Origin: an uncultured Candidatus Saccharibacteria bacterium
GTDB lineage: Bacteria; Patescibacteriota; Minisyncoccia; Phycocordibacterales; Zambryskibacteraceae
DNA length: 64,000 bases
Reading direction: 5' to 3'
Assembly (NCBI GenBank): GCA_964504255.1
Contig: CAZDDU010000001.1
Location: 99,512 to 163,511, forward strand
The translations under genes were made by a program, and so were the position numbers. Below are positions 27,571 to 36,786 of this stretch, in pieces (position 1 is the first letter of the stretch; every line of letters starts with the position of its first letter). Under the pieces are notes generated by a model. The model saw nothing but the letters and a program-made list of their open reading frames with translations. It ran no database searches and was not told where the DNA came from.

Positions 27571-28134
27571 CTACATCTTTCTAGAATCATATGCCCAATG
27601 AAGCAGCGCCTGGCGCTGCTTTGTATTGCAAGAGAAGTCGCCCACCCGACATTTGTTCACCACCTGCGCGACATGTCGTCTCATAGCGACCCAACGCTTG
27701 ATCTGCTTCTCATCTTCTTTAGGTGTCCTCCTGCCCATGTAGTAGCGGGCGTACCACTCGAACCAACCCCTGGGGTCGTCCTTGTGTATCCAGCCCTTCT
27801 CTCGCCATACCTCTAATGGTTGAGACGCATCTACTTTGAAGAAGTTTAGAGTTTTGTCATGCCCAGGCACACCTTCTTTATGTAGCTTTGCTTTAGCAAA
27901 CCAATTCTTAGGGTACTCGTCTTTGCAATCTCTCATGTACCTGCCACCGAAGACTCCGAGCTCAAGCATCTCTTTTGGTGTTAGGTCTGGTTTAAAGTCT
28001 TTATCAAAGTTTTTCCCCACAGGTTCTACGAGTTCGTACTCGTAACCCTTTTGCATTTTGTTGTCTACCTTTACGATCTTTTTCATTAGTTGGTACTCAA
28101 ATAGTATGCGAGGAGGAAGAGTGCAGACCACCAA
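27571..28134 (-). CDS. hypothetical protein
   Basis: 187-aa ORF, Trp/Lys-rich; no recognised domain. Confidence 0.45.
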   Translation of the reverse strand: MVVCTLPPRILFEYQLMKKIVKVDNKMQKGYEYELVEPVGKNFDKDFKPDLTPKEMLELGVFGGRYMRDCKDEYPKNWFAKAKLHKEGVPGHDKTLNFFKVDASQPLEVWREKGWIHKDDPRGWFEWYARYYMGRRTPKEDEKQIKRWVAMRRHVAQVVNKCRVGDFSCNTKQRQALLHWAYDSRKM

Positions 28135-28544
28135 CCGAGGTCAGATATGATAAATGAGAAAGCAACCTTCCTCTGCCAACTTTCGGGCAAGAGCTCCTTT
28201 GCCTTACCCTCTACCTCTTGCTTCAAAAGGTATGGACTCACAACAAAACTGAGGAAGAGTCCGTTCAAGATGAGTACTACTGCAATACATAAGAGAGTGA
28301 GAGGAATGGTGGTGAAGGGGAAATTTCTGAAGTATAAAACTCCGCCAATTATCGCGAGTGTCGTGCCGAGCCAGATCAAGGGCTTCGTTACCTTGTGAGT
28401 GCGGATAGTTGCTTCACTCCAGTAAGAAGACTTCCTCCCCAAGAAGCCGTGCATATCGATCACTGTCACTGCACCGAGCCCGATGACAAAGCCCGAGAGT
28501 AGGAGAAAGAGGGGGATAACTTCAATAATGTTATTTGTCATCAA
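28086..28544 (-). CDS. hypothetical integral membrane protein
   Basis: 4 TM helices. Confidence 0.4.
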   Translation of the reverse strand: MMTNNIIEVIPLFLLLSGFVIGLGAVTVIDMHGFLGRKSSYWSEATIRTHKVTKPLIWLGTTLAIIGGVLYFRNFPFTTIPLTLLCIAVVLILNGLFLSFVVSPYLLKQEVEGKAKELLPESWQRKVAFSFIISDLGWWSALFLLAYYLSTN

Positions 28545-28629
28545 TAGATTATTTCACATTCTTTGACTTGACCAAAGCTCTCTAGTATTAGAGGATTCTC
28601 CTAGACAGAACCTAAATTCCGGAGGAGAG

Positions 28630-28938
28630 ATGAAGAAACCGAAGTTCCTTAGGAAGAGGTATGCCGACTTTTCGCTAGGGGAGTTAGGTCTTTGCTTGGG
28701 GGCACTCTGTGTTGTTACGCAGACTCTATATGTGCTTCTGAGTCTTGTGGCAGATAGCAAGTTTGTTTTTCATCCGGTTGTGTACTGGGTCTTGGCAATT
28801 GTAGGGTATCTGATCTTCATCGTTCTCGGAGTCTTGACCTTGGTCTTTGGATTTGGAGTCATACTTCGAATCATGGATCGAAGGGAGATTAAGAAACTAA
28901 TCAAAGAATGTAACGAAGAGGAAAAGGTGCATAGATAA
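28630..28938 (+). CDS. hypothetical membrane protein
   Basis: Two TM helices; followed by terminator aagcgcgacc-ccac-ggtcgcgctttttc at 28942-28968. Confidence 0.4.
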   Translation: MKKPKFLRKRYADFSLGELGLCLGALCVVTQTLYVLLSLVADSKFVFHPVVYWVLAIVGYLIFIVLGVLTLVFGFGVILRIMDRREIKKLIKECNEEEKVHR

Positions 28939-28992
28939 TTAAGCGCGACCCCACGTCGCGCTTTTTCTTACCTAGGAGAGGTCTAGGGAAAG

Positions 28993-29829
28993 TTATTGGC
29001 GGATCAGGTTCGAGTAGTTGGGGACATCTCCAGCTTTCTCAGATTTATCGTTTATCAAATATTTTTTTCTTGCTTCGTCTATTGATAGATCTGTATCGAG
29101 TAGGCCGCTCTTCAAAGCGAGTTCGTCGGCTGAGGCTGTGAGATAGAGTTGCCAAGAGAGGGAAGAGATCCTGCCTGGTGTGATGTTGTTCACATGCTTG
29201 GCGATGCTTGAGGTACAACTAGCAAAGAGGGTGTTGTACCAAACTGGTTTCTCTACCAACTCATTCATCATACCTAGCATGTCCACCAAGAGTAGGCGAG
29301 GGTTCTCAGGGCTCGAGGTCTTAACAGGATAGACATAGACCTTGTCCTTTCGAACATTCGCTCTTAGTAGCACCACGTCTCTCTCGTCTGCTGCAATGTA
29401 GATAAGTGGATAGGTCTTAAGCATTCCTTTGCCCATACTATACTTTTGACCTTTAGCCTTTCTCGCTTCGATAGTAATAGCGAGGAAGTCGCCGTTCTTA
29501 AACTCGAAGGAGACGAAGGTGTGTGCAGCATAAGTCGCTTCGTTGAAGGGCTCAGTGATGTACCACACTTTCTCCACCTCACGCAGGTCATAAGTCTTGT
29601 CGTAGTAGTTGGGGATTATGTCTGCTTCAGTAGGTGAGTAACGGAAGTTTCTGACATTCCTCACTGTGACAAGGTCACCGTCGAACTCTGCAGTCGAAGC
29701 GATCTTCAAATGCTCTTGCCAGTCCGCATCTTTGGGAGGGGAGAGAAATGGTTTGTACACTACAATGAAAACAATCACCAACAACCCGAGTACAATCCAT
29801 TTCTTGTGAGATTTAATGAACTTAATCAT
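28993..29829 (-). CDS. hypothetical membrane-anchored protein
   Basis: N-terminal TM anchor, 250-aa extracytoplasmic domain. Confidence 0.5.
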   Translation of the reverse strand: MIKFIKSHKKWIVLGLLVIVFIVVYKPFLSPPKDADWQEHLKIASTAEFDGDLVTVRNVRNFRYSPTEADIIPNYYDKTYDLREVEKVWYITEPFNEATYAAHTFVSFEFKNGDFLAITIEARKAKGQKYSMGKGMLKTYPLIYIAADERDVVLLRANVRKDKVYVYPVKTSSPENPRLLLVDMLGMMNELVEKPVWYNTLFASCTSSIAKHVNNITPGRISSLSWQLYLTASADELALKSGLLDTDLSIDEARKKYLINDKSEKAGDVPNYSNLIRQ

Positions 29830-29845
29830 TCCTCAATCTTAGCAC

Positions 29846-30139
29846 TCATCTAAAGAGGAAGAAGAAGATGACAAGAGTAATCCCGCCGAAGGTCACGAGA
29901 GTTTTGAGGAAGAACCTGACCGATTCCTGCTTCTGTCCATCTAGATACATTTGTAGAGGGACGAAGACAAAGAAGTAGCCCATAGTCGCGACAGAGAGGG
30001 TGAGGAGAGAGATGAAGGCGATACCGCTGTACCACTTGTCTGGAGTGTTGGCGTAGCCCTTCTCCATAAGGTGCATGAATGTGCCCACTACTCCTATATA
30101 TAGACTCGCACACACTGCGTTTAAGTATGGATTTTTCAT
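29846..30139 (-). CDS. hypothetical membrane protein
   Basis: 3 TM helices. Confidence 0.4.
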   Translation of the reverse strand: MKNPYLNAVCASLYIGVVGTFMHLMEKGYANTPDKWYSGIAFISLLTLSVATMGYFFVFVPLQMYLDGQKQESVRFFLKTLVTFGGITLVIFFFLFR

Positions 30140-30187
30140 ATTTTCAATTATAACAAAAAGCCCCTCGCATACGCTCGGGGCGGGGAA

Positions 30188-30436
30188 CTATATACCCGTG
30201 GTGAGACGACCAGCCACTTCTTTGATGGTTGGATTACGACCCTTCTCGCGATGGAGGTCGGAGATAGCTTCGCTTACTCTCTGGCGGCTCTCCCTCACAT
30301 TCTGGTCATTGCCACCAGCGAGGATACGCAATTTCTCGAAGAGGTTGTTCACATCCTCACGGTCGAACTTCTTGTCCTTGGACATCCTCCAGATGATGAA
30401 GACCACAACGAGACTCCCTAGGATCTTCTCAAACAT
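30188..30436 (-). CDS. hypothetical protein with N-terminal TM helix
   Basis: 82-aa ORF. Confidence 0.4.
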   Translation of the reverse strand: MFEKILGSLVVVFIIWRMSKDKKFDREDVNNLFEKLRILAGGNDQNVRESRQRVSEAISDLHREKGRNPTIKEVAGRLTTGI

Positions 30437-30507
30437 CGTGTGCCTCCTGTGAGTGAGCTTGAGTCTAGACTAAAGATATCACAAATTTGGAAGAGTTCGC
30501 AGTTTCA

Positions 30508-30975
30508 TTAAATTAGGTCAGATAAATTATTTTCTTTGATGAAGTTTTTAAAACTTTTAAGTGCTTCGTTGTAACCAGCGGGCGGAAAATAAACTCCATC
30601 TCTGCTTATCGTAGCGGTAATTTGCATTTTGTGTCTCCCAACATGATTTTTATCGATCAATTTCATTTCACGATCGGTTTTTAAGTATTTGATACCCTTA
30701 TCATTGTTTATTAGAAAGAAATCAACAGTTTGTGTATCGTCCTTTTTTATATAGAAGAGCTCAAGAATGAATCCAGAATTATCTGAACTTAAAGATGGTT
30801 CAACCGAGTATAATACTCCATCCTTGTTTCTTATTTTTATTCCTTCTGATGATAATAATTTGATTATTCTTGCAGTCCATTCTTTTGGTCTACCATAAGT
30901 TTCTAACATCAATTCTCTAATCCCATAATACGAATCTGGATATTGAGATATAAAATGTTTATCTAGGTCAATCAT
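30508..30975 (-). CDS. hypothetical protein
   Basis: Truncated to internal Met (MIDLDKHF...) because the first 32 codons of ORF 30508..31071 overlap tRNA-Ser. Confidence 0.4.
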   Translation of the reverse strand: MIDLDKHFISQYPDSYYGIRELMLETYGRPKEWTARIIKLLSSEGIKIRNKDGVLYSVEPSLSSDNSGFILELFYIKKDDTQTVDFFLINNDKGIKYLKTDREMKLIDKNHVGRHKMQITATISRDGVYFPPAGYNEALKSFKNFIKENNLSDLI

Positions 30976-30980
30976 TATAG

Positions 30981-31069
30981 CGGAGACGGGGAGATTCGAA
31001 CTCCCGAGGCCTTTTAAAGGGCCTGCCTCTTTAGCAAAGAGGTACGTTAGACCACTCTGACACGTCTCC
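30981..31069 (-). tRNA. tRNA-Ser (GCU), type II
   Basis: GGAGACG acceptor, CCTCT-TTGCTAA-AGAGG anticodon arm, long variable arm, TTCGAAT T-loop, G73. Confidence 0.75.
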
Positions 31070-31122
31070 AAACATTCAAATTAGAGGCTAGTTAGACTTC
31101 ACCCCGCCAGGGCGGGGCAAGC

Positions 31123-31137
31123 TCTGACACGTCTCCA
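31123..31137 (-). other. 15-nt duplicate of the tRNA-Ser 5' end followed by hairpin
   Basis: ctctgacacgtctcc identical to 31051-31065; ccccgccagggcgggg hairpin between copies. Confidence 0.5.
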
Positions 31138-31214
31138 GAATGTGGTCAATTTAGCATAATTGGCCATTTTTAGCGAAGACGCTTTCTGCTATAATCGGCT
31201 CTTAAGTAGCCCAA

Positions 31215-31301
31215 GGAGAGATGGATGAGTGGTTTAAATCAACAGTTTACTAAACTGTCGTTCCTTAATTGGAACCGCGAGTTCGAATCTCGCTCTCTCC
31301 G
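31215..31301 (+). tRNA. type II tRNA, Ser-like (G73), anticodon reads ACU by my fold
   Basis: GGAGAGA/TCTCTCC acceptor, 3-bp D-stem, ACAGT-TTACTAA-ACTGT anticodon arm, 18-nt variable arm, GCGAG-TTCGAAT-CTCGC T-arm. Confidence 0.55.
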
Positions 31302-31325
31302 CATGTGTGCCTCTATAATAGAGAG

Positions 31326-31565
31326 ATGAAAATATGGGTTAAGGCACGGACGGGGGCGAAGGTGGATGAAGTGGTGTCTCCACAAGCTAGACTCATACCA
31401 CAAGAGGAGGAATGGTATGTGGTGAAGACGAAGGCCGAGCCCGTGGAAGGGAAGGCGAATGAGGCCATCACCATCCTTCTTGCAGAGCACTTTGGTGTGG
31501 CTAGGTCACAAGTGAGACTCATAAGAGGGGCGACCTCGAAGCAAAAAATTTTCGAGATAAAATAG
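31326..31565 (+). CDS. DUF167 (YggU-like) protein
   Basis: KARTGAKVDEVV...PVEGKANEAITILLAEHFGVARSQVRLIRGATSKQKIFEI. Confidence 0.6.
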   Translation: MKIWVKARTGAKVDEVVSPQARLIPQEEEWYVVKTKAEPVEGKANEAITILLAEHFGVARSQVRLIRGATSKQKIFEIK

Positions 31566-31616
31566 ATTTTACGTGACGCACGAAAATCTATTTTATTGGT
31601 AAGATAGATACAAATT

Positions 31617-32105
31617 ATGACTAAAAAGATTGTACTAGCGGGTGGGTGTTTCTGGGGTTTGGAGGATTTAATAAGGAGTCAGCCAGGGGTGGTGAATACC
31701 GAGGTGGGTTACACTGGCGGAGAAAACCCTGATCCAACTTATGCGAACCACCCAGGTCACGCAGAAGCGGTCGAGATAGAGTACGACCCAGAGATCACCA
31801 CATACAAAAAGCTTTTGGACTTCTTCTTCCAGATACATAACCCTACGACTCTGAATCAGCAGGGTAACGACATCGGTACTTCATACAGGTCTGCAATATT
31901 CTATGCGAATGACGAAGAGCGAGGGGAGGCGGAGAAGTTTATCAAGATTGTGGATGACTCGAAGAGGTGGCCGAAGCCAGTGGTCACGAGTCTTGAGCCT
32001 CTAACTAAGTTCTACAAAGCAGAGGAGTATCATCAAGACTACTTACAGAAGAATGTTGGAGGCTACACCTGCCACGCCATCTGGTTCGATAGTTATTTGA
32101 AATAG
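31617..32105 (+). CDS. msrA: peptide methionine sulfoxide reductase MsrA
   Basis: GGCFWGLE catalytic motif. Confidence 0.85.
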   Translation: MTKKIVLAGGCFWGLEDLIRSQPGVVNTEVGYTGGENPDPTYANHPGHAEAVEIEYDPEITTYKKLLDFFFQIHNPTTLNQQGNDIGTSYRSAIFYANDEERGEAEKFIKIVDDSKRWPKPVVTSLEPLTKFYKAEEYHQDYLQKNVGGYTCHAIWFDSYLK

Positions 32106-32120
32106 GAGTAAAATAGATAA

Positions 32121-32516
32121 ATGAACACATACAATTGGTATTCGACACTTATTAAGCCTACTTGGGCGCCACCGGCCTTCCTCTTCGGACCAGTGTGGTC
32201 TGTACTCTACCTGCTTATTGCCATCTCCTTCGGCTTTGTCTTCTATAAGGTGTGGCAAGGCGAGTTGCCTAAGATTGTACTCTTGCCCTTCGTGCTTAAC
32301 CTCATCTTCAACTTCGCCTTCACTCCACTTCAGTTTGGCCTGCAAAATAACCTCCTCGCCTCTATAGATATCTTGCTTGTACTCGGAACACTGGTCTGGA
32401 CTCTATTCTCTATATTTAGCTACATACCTTGGGTCGCCTTCATCAATATCCCGTACTTACTCTGGGTCTCCTTCGCTACTTGTTTACAATTAACCATAAC
32501 TTACTTAAATAGATAA
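32121..32516 (+). CDS. TspO/MBR-family tryptophan-rich membrane protein
   Basis: LIKPTWAPPAFLFGPVWSVLYLLIAIS and Trp-rich 5-TM pattern. Confidence 0.55.
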   Translation: MNTYNWYSTLIKPTWAPPAFLFGPVWSVLYLLIAISFGFVFYKVWQGELPKIVLLPFVLNLIFNFAFTPLQFGLQNNLLASIDILLVLGTLVWTLFSIFSYIPWVAFINIPYLLWVSFATCLQLTITYLNR

Positions 32517-32517
32517 C

Positions 32518-32916
32518 ATGTTCATAAAATTATACTCGATCGCACTACCAGTATTCTTTGCTATTGATATGTTTTGGCTTGGGGTGGTGTCTAAGGATTT
32601 TTATCGTGCACAAATAGGCACACTCATGAAGTCAGATGTGAATTGGACCGCAGCCATCATCTTCTATCTCATCTTTATAGCTGGCCTAGTGGTATTTGTC
32701 ATATCACCAGCAATGGAACGAGGTTCGTGGACACACGCACTTATCTTCGGTGCGTTGTTTGGTTTAGTTTGTTATGCCACCTATGACCTAACGAATTTGG
32801 CTGTAGCGAAGGATTGGCCGCTTCTAGTGACGATCGTTGATTTGGCATGGGGGGCGGTGCTCGCTGCCTCAGTTTCAGTTGTGACATATTTTATCGGAGC
32901 TAAGCTTGGTTTATGA
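32518..32916 (+). CDS. hypothetical membrane protein
   Basis: 4 TM helices; start overlaps the upstream stop. Confidence 0.4.
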   Translation: MFIKLYSIALPVFFAIDMFWLGVVSKDFYRAQIGTLMKSDVNWTAAIIFYLIFIAGLVVFVISPAMERGSWTHALIFGALFGLVCYATYDLTNLAVAKDWPLLVTIVDLAWGAVLAASVSVVTYFIGAKLGL

Positions 32917-33677
32917 ATTATTATTTAACTCTAGCCTTAGTATTGTTTGTGTACATGAGTCTTTGGTTTGTAGTTTCTTTGATCAAGAGAAGAAATGATG
33001 TAGCGGATGTGGCATGGGGTTTGGGTTTTGTACTTTTGGCATGGACATCTTATTTCCTTTCTGAGGACTCAGATGTGCGTGGAGTTCTGGTAAACATACT
33101 AGTGAGTATTTGGGGACTGCGCTTAGCGTGGCACATTCATAAGAGGAACAAGAACAAGACCGAGGATTATCGTTATTTAGCATGGCGTAAGGAGTGGGGG
33201 GCATGGTTCTACCCACGCTCGTATTTGCAGGTCTATCTTTTGCAGGGATTTCTACTCTTCTTGATCGTTTCTCCTGTACTTTTGATCAACAAGGGGCAGG
33301 GTTCGTCTCTTGGCTGGATCGATCTTGCTGGTGTAGTGGTGTGGCTCGTTGGTTTTTGTTTTGAGGCGATCGGTGACGCACAGCTAGCACAATTTATTAA
33401 AAATCCATCTAATGGAGGCAAATTGATGCAGAGTGGTCTCTGGGCATATACTCGTCATCCAAATTACTTTGGAGAGGTAACTCAGTGGTGGGGTATTTGG
33501 CTTATAGCACTCTCAGTTTCGGGAGGAGTGTTTACTATTATTGGTCCTCTCACAATTACTTTTTTGATTTTGAAGGTCTCTGGCGTCCCAATGCTCGAAA
33601 GGAAGATGGAAGAGAATCCAGACTTCGCTGAGTATAAGCGTAGAGTAAGTATGTTTGTGCCTTTGCCTAGAAGATAG
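32913..33677 (+). CDS. ICMT/DUF1295-superfamily membrane protein (steroid-reductase-like fold)
   Basis: C-terminal YTRHPNYFGEVTQWWGIWL motif. Confidence 0.5.
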   Translation: MNYYLTLALVLFVYMSLWFVVSLIKRRNDVADVAWGLGFVLLAWTSYFLSEDSDVRGVLVNILVSIWGLRLAWHIHKRNKNKTEDYRYLAWRKEWGAWFYPRSYLQVYLLQGFLLFLIVSPVLLINKGQGSSLGWIDLAGVVVWLVGFCFEAIGDAQLAQFIKNPSNGGKLMQSGLWAYTRHPNYFGEVTQWWGIWLIALSVSGGVFTIIGPLTITFLILKVSGVPMLERKMEENPDFAEYKRRVSMFVPLPRR

Positions 33678-33762
33678 TTCTAATCCGCATCTGGGTTATA
33701 TAAATATTCAATTTGTATTAGACACCTCGGTGTGGTATTAAATGGTTAGACACAGAACCTAA

Positions 33763-34215
33763 ATGGGGGAGACAATGGGTGTTCACGAGAAGATCAGGCG
33801 AGAAGATCTGAAGGTCGAGGTGTTCAAGTCAGTGACTGAGAACCACCGCCTCGAGCTATGCCCGAAGTGTGGTGAGGGGGTCGAGAGACCGACGTGCTTC
33901 TCTGGCAGAGAAGACTTGCAGTACGGCGCTCCGGGCTCAGGCTCTGCGAAGGTGATCTGCCACAAGTGCAGTATCGTCTGGGAGCTCCAGCTCTTCAACT
34001 GGACGAATGAGAACGGTGATGGCACGATCAGGGGTGAGGGTCATCGCATCACGCTTCTCGCCTTCGCGAACTGCTTCTGCCGCAGGTCGCTCATAGATCA
34101 TCATCCAGCCTCCATTCACATTCACGAAGGAGTGGATCATTCTCGACTTGACTCACCTTGTGGCTCGACGAGGAGTCAGAGGGGGACGGTGGTCATGAAG
34201 AATCTCGAGTACTAG
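33763..34215 (+). CDS. hypothetical Cys-rich protein
   Basis: CPKCGEG...CHKC zinc-ribbon-like; GC-rich; C-terminal part doubtful. Confidence 0.3.
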   Translation: MGETMGVHEKIRREDLKVEVFKSVTENHRLELCPKCGEGVERPTCFSGREDLQYGAPGSGSAKVICHKCSIVWELQLFNWTNENGDGTIRGEGHRITLLAFANCFCRRSLIDHHPASIHIHEGVDHSRLDSPCGSTRSQRGTVVMKNLEY

Positions 34216-34259
34216 ACCTCATTTGAGGTCTTTTTCTTTAAATGAGATAAAATAGACAG

Positions 34260-35177
34260 ATGTCCATTCAAAATTTTCAGGATAAACAAAAAATAATTCC
34301 ATCACTTTGGTTCGACAATAATTGTGAGGAGGCTATCAACTTCTACGCTTCCATCATTCCGAACTCGAAGATCACTACTATCAAGCGCTATCCAACTGAC
34401 TTCCAAGTTGGTCCCATTCCAGGTATGGGAGGTAAGGTGCTTACAGCGGTATTTGAGTTAGCTGGAGAGAAGTTCATGGCCTTAGACGGAGGAGACTACT
34501 TTAAGTTTAACCCTACAGTGTCACTAACCATCACTTGCCCAACAGTTGAAGAGACAGAAGAGATGTACAAGAAGCTCTCAGAGGGAGGTGAGACCCTCAT
34601 GCCATTCCAAAAATATCCATGGGCCGAGAGATATGGGTGGTTCAAGGATAGGTTCGGACTATCCTGGCAGATTAATCTTGAGCCCGGAGCGGTCAAGATC
34701 GTGCCTTCGATGATGTTTGTCGGCAAGTACTTTGGACATGTCGAGGAGGCACTCGACTTCTACACTTCAATATTCAAAAATTCTTCAAAGCACATGGTGG
34801 TTAAATACGAGGAGGGGGACAGTGATGTAACAGGGAAGGTGAAGTACTCGAGCTTCTCACTTGAGAACCACCCCTTTGTCGCGATGGAGAGTAGCGCGGA
34901 CCACAAGTTCGAGCCGAACGGAGCAATTTCCTTTACCGTTGATTGTGAGGATCAGGCCGAGACAGATTATTATGCAGACAAGCTCTCGGCGAACCCTGAG
35001 AATGATCAGTGTGGCTGGGTACAAGACAAATACGGCTTCTCTTGGCAGATAATACCTAAGGGTATGGGGGAATTGGTTACTGGGCCCGACAAAGCTGGAG
35101 CAGACAGAGCTCTCAAGGCCATGTTACAGATGAAGAGGATCAATCTGGCTAAGCTTGAGGAGGCATATAAGGGCTAA
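34260..35177 (+). CDS. tandem PhnB-like VOC-family protein
   Basis: Two repeats of the SLWFDNNCEEAINFYASIIPNSKI-type PhnB/3-dmu-9_3-mt motif. Confidence 0.55.
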   Translation: MSIQNFQDKQKIIPSLWFDNNCEEAINFYASIIPNSKITTIKRYPTDFQVGPIPGMGGKVLTAVFELAGEKFMALDGGDYFKFNPTVSLTITCPTVEETEEMYKKLSEGGETLMPFQKYPWAERYGWFKDRFGLSWQINLEPGAVKIVPSMMFVGKYFGHVEEALDFYTSIFKNSSKHMVVKYEEGDSDVTGKVKYSSFSLENHPFVAMESSADHKFEPNGAISFTVDCEDQAETDYYADKLSANPENDQCGWVQDKYGFSWQIIPKGMGELVTGPDKAGADRALKAMLQMKRINLAKLEEAYKG

Positions 35178-35262
35178 TTTGACCTTCAAAACCATTGTTG
35201 TTAAATGGTCTGAATGGTATATAGTAGATTGGTAACTAAATTTAATAAGAAAGATCAAAAAC

Positions 35263-35709
35263 ATGGATAGCAATATGCAAAGTGCTTGGTACAAGAACAA
35301 GATAGTCCTCGGCGTTGTGCTTATAGTAGTCGTGGCTCTAGGCTTGGTACTCTTCGGTGGCGATAAGGCACCAAAGACTGAGGGTGGTGTAGTAGGAGAG
35401 GTAACAGAGACAACCAATGTCGAGCCAAAGACTGGCGAGATCGCAGTCACAGGTAAGCTCGGTTGTACTCCATTAAAGAGTGGTGCTCAGCCAAGTGCTG
35501 ATCAATGTGTCTTGGGACTCGTTGGTTCTGATGGTAAGTTCTACGCTCTTGAGACCTCAAAGATCGAGATGGCAGAAAGTGGTATCGAACCTAACTCAAC
35601 CATCAAGGTTGTAGGTGTTTACACCAAGATCGATGCTGCAAGTGAGGAGGCAGGAGTTTTCAAGTATGACGGTGTGATGGCCGTTAGACTAATGGTGATA
35701 AACAAATAA
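35263..35709 (+). CDS. hypothetical secreted protein, paralogue 1
   Basis: N-terminal TM; shares TGEIxxTGxLxCTPxKSG...DGKFYxLxTSK motifs with the next gene. Confidence 0.45.
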   Translation: MDSNMQSAWYKNKIVLGVVLIVVVALGLVLFGGDKAPKTEGGVVGEVTETTNVEPKTGEIAVTGKLGCTPLKSGAQPSADQCVLGLVGSDGKFYALETSKIEMAESGIEPNSTIKVVGVYTKIDAASEEAGVFKYDGVMAVRLMVINK

Positions 35710-35710
35710 T

Positions 35711-36118
35711 ATGCCAAGGAATTTAGCAATCGCAGTTGTAGCTATTGCCCTTATAGGTGGAGGCTATCTGCTCAAGAATAATAGTGTTCCTCAGGTTGCT
35801 ACTACTCCCTCTGACACTAACTTGGCTCTCGTATCCTTCGAGGCTAGAACTGGTGAGATAGATGCGACCGGGACACTAGACTGTACTCCACACAAGAGTG
35901 GCAAGCCTGTAGCTGAGGGCGAGTGTGTCATGGGTCTCAAGGCCGATGATGGTAAGTTCTACTCACTCGACACTTCTAAGATGGAAGACGCCAAGGGTTC
36001 AACACTTGAGAAGGTTAGAGTGCTCGGAATGCTCGTTCTTACAGATGCAGAGAATGAAGAAGTTGGCGACTACGCATACGATGGAGTTATCACAGTTAGA
36101 GCGATAGAGGCTAACTAG
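35711..36118 (+). CDS. hypothetical secreted protein, paralogue 2
   Basis: Same architecture and motifs as 35263..35709. Confidence 0.45.
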   Translation: MPRNLAIAVVAIALIGGGYLLKNNSVPQVATTPSDTNLALVSFEARTGEIDATGTLDCTPHKSGKPVAEGECVMGLKADDGKFYSLDTSKMEDAKGSTLEKVRVLGMLVLTDAENEEVGDYAYDGVITVRAIEAN

Positions 36119-36134
36119 CCCTTCCGAATTAGGA

Positions 36135-36785
36135 CTAGTGCGCTAGAGTAAAGCAAATAATCTTCTTCGCACCTGACTCGCGAAGAGCCCGACGGGCGTC
36201 ACCTAAGGTGGCGCCCGTTGTTGTTACATCATCTATGAGTATTGTGTTTCTATCCTTCACAAGTTCTGGATCTTTGACATCCACGGTGTTACTCATGTTT
36301 GCTATTCTTTCTTTTCTATTCTTTGTATGTGTCTGGCTCTCAGTATGCACCACCCTTCTTAGTGAGGTAGGGGAGTACTCAAACAAGTTTTCTGTATCAA
36401 GCTTTTTCATGGCCTTACAGAGCAATTCAGTTTGATTGTAACCTCGCTCGAGCCTGCGTCTCTTAGATATGGGTACGGGGATGAGGAGGGGGTTAACGAA
36501 ATTCTCTGTCACGACTCTCTCCAAGATCTCTGTTGAGACTGTGTCGTATAATACTTGCGCTACATTTTCTATAATCTTCTCATTTCTCCTGTACTTTATC
36601 TCCCAGATGATGGTGCGGACATTCTCGTCAGCATAGTTCCATATAGCGATAGTATCATTGCTCAAGCCTTTCGCTGGGGTGAGCTTCACTAGTAAATATT
36701 CGGGTTTGAGACTCTCTAGAGCGATCACTCTGGAGTCCTTAGGATAGAGGAAATCGAATAAGCTAGAGATAAATGCTCTAAACAT
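36135..36785 (-). CDS. comF: ComF-family protein (PRTase domain), lacks N-terminal zinc finger
   Basis: ILIDDVTTTGATLGDA canonical PRTase loop; location next to the pilus locus. Confidence 0.65.
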   Translation of the reverse strand: MFRAFISSLFDFLYPKDSRVIALESLKPEYLLVKLTPAKGLSNDTIAIWNYADENVRTIIWEIKYRRNEKIIENVAQVLYDTVSTEILERVVTENFVNPLLIPVPISKRRRLERGYNQTELLCKAMKKLDTENLFEYSPTSLRRVVHTESQTHTKNRKERIANMSNTVDVKDPELVKDRNTILIDDVTTTGATLGDARRALRESGAKKIICFTLAH

Positions 36786-36786
36786 A

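Noticed and set aside
30976-31071. N-terminal 32 codons of ORF 30508..31071
   Set aside because: They overlap the well-formed tRNA-Ser(GCU). The CDS was trimmed to the internal Met at 30975.
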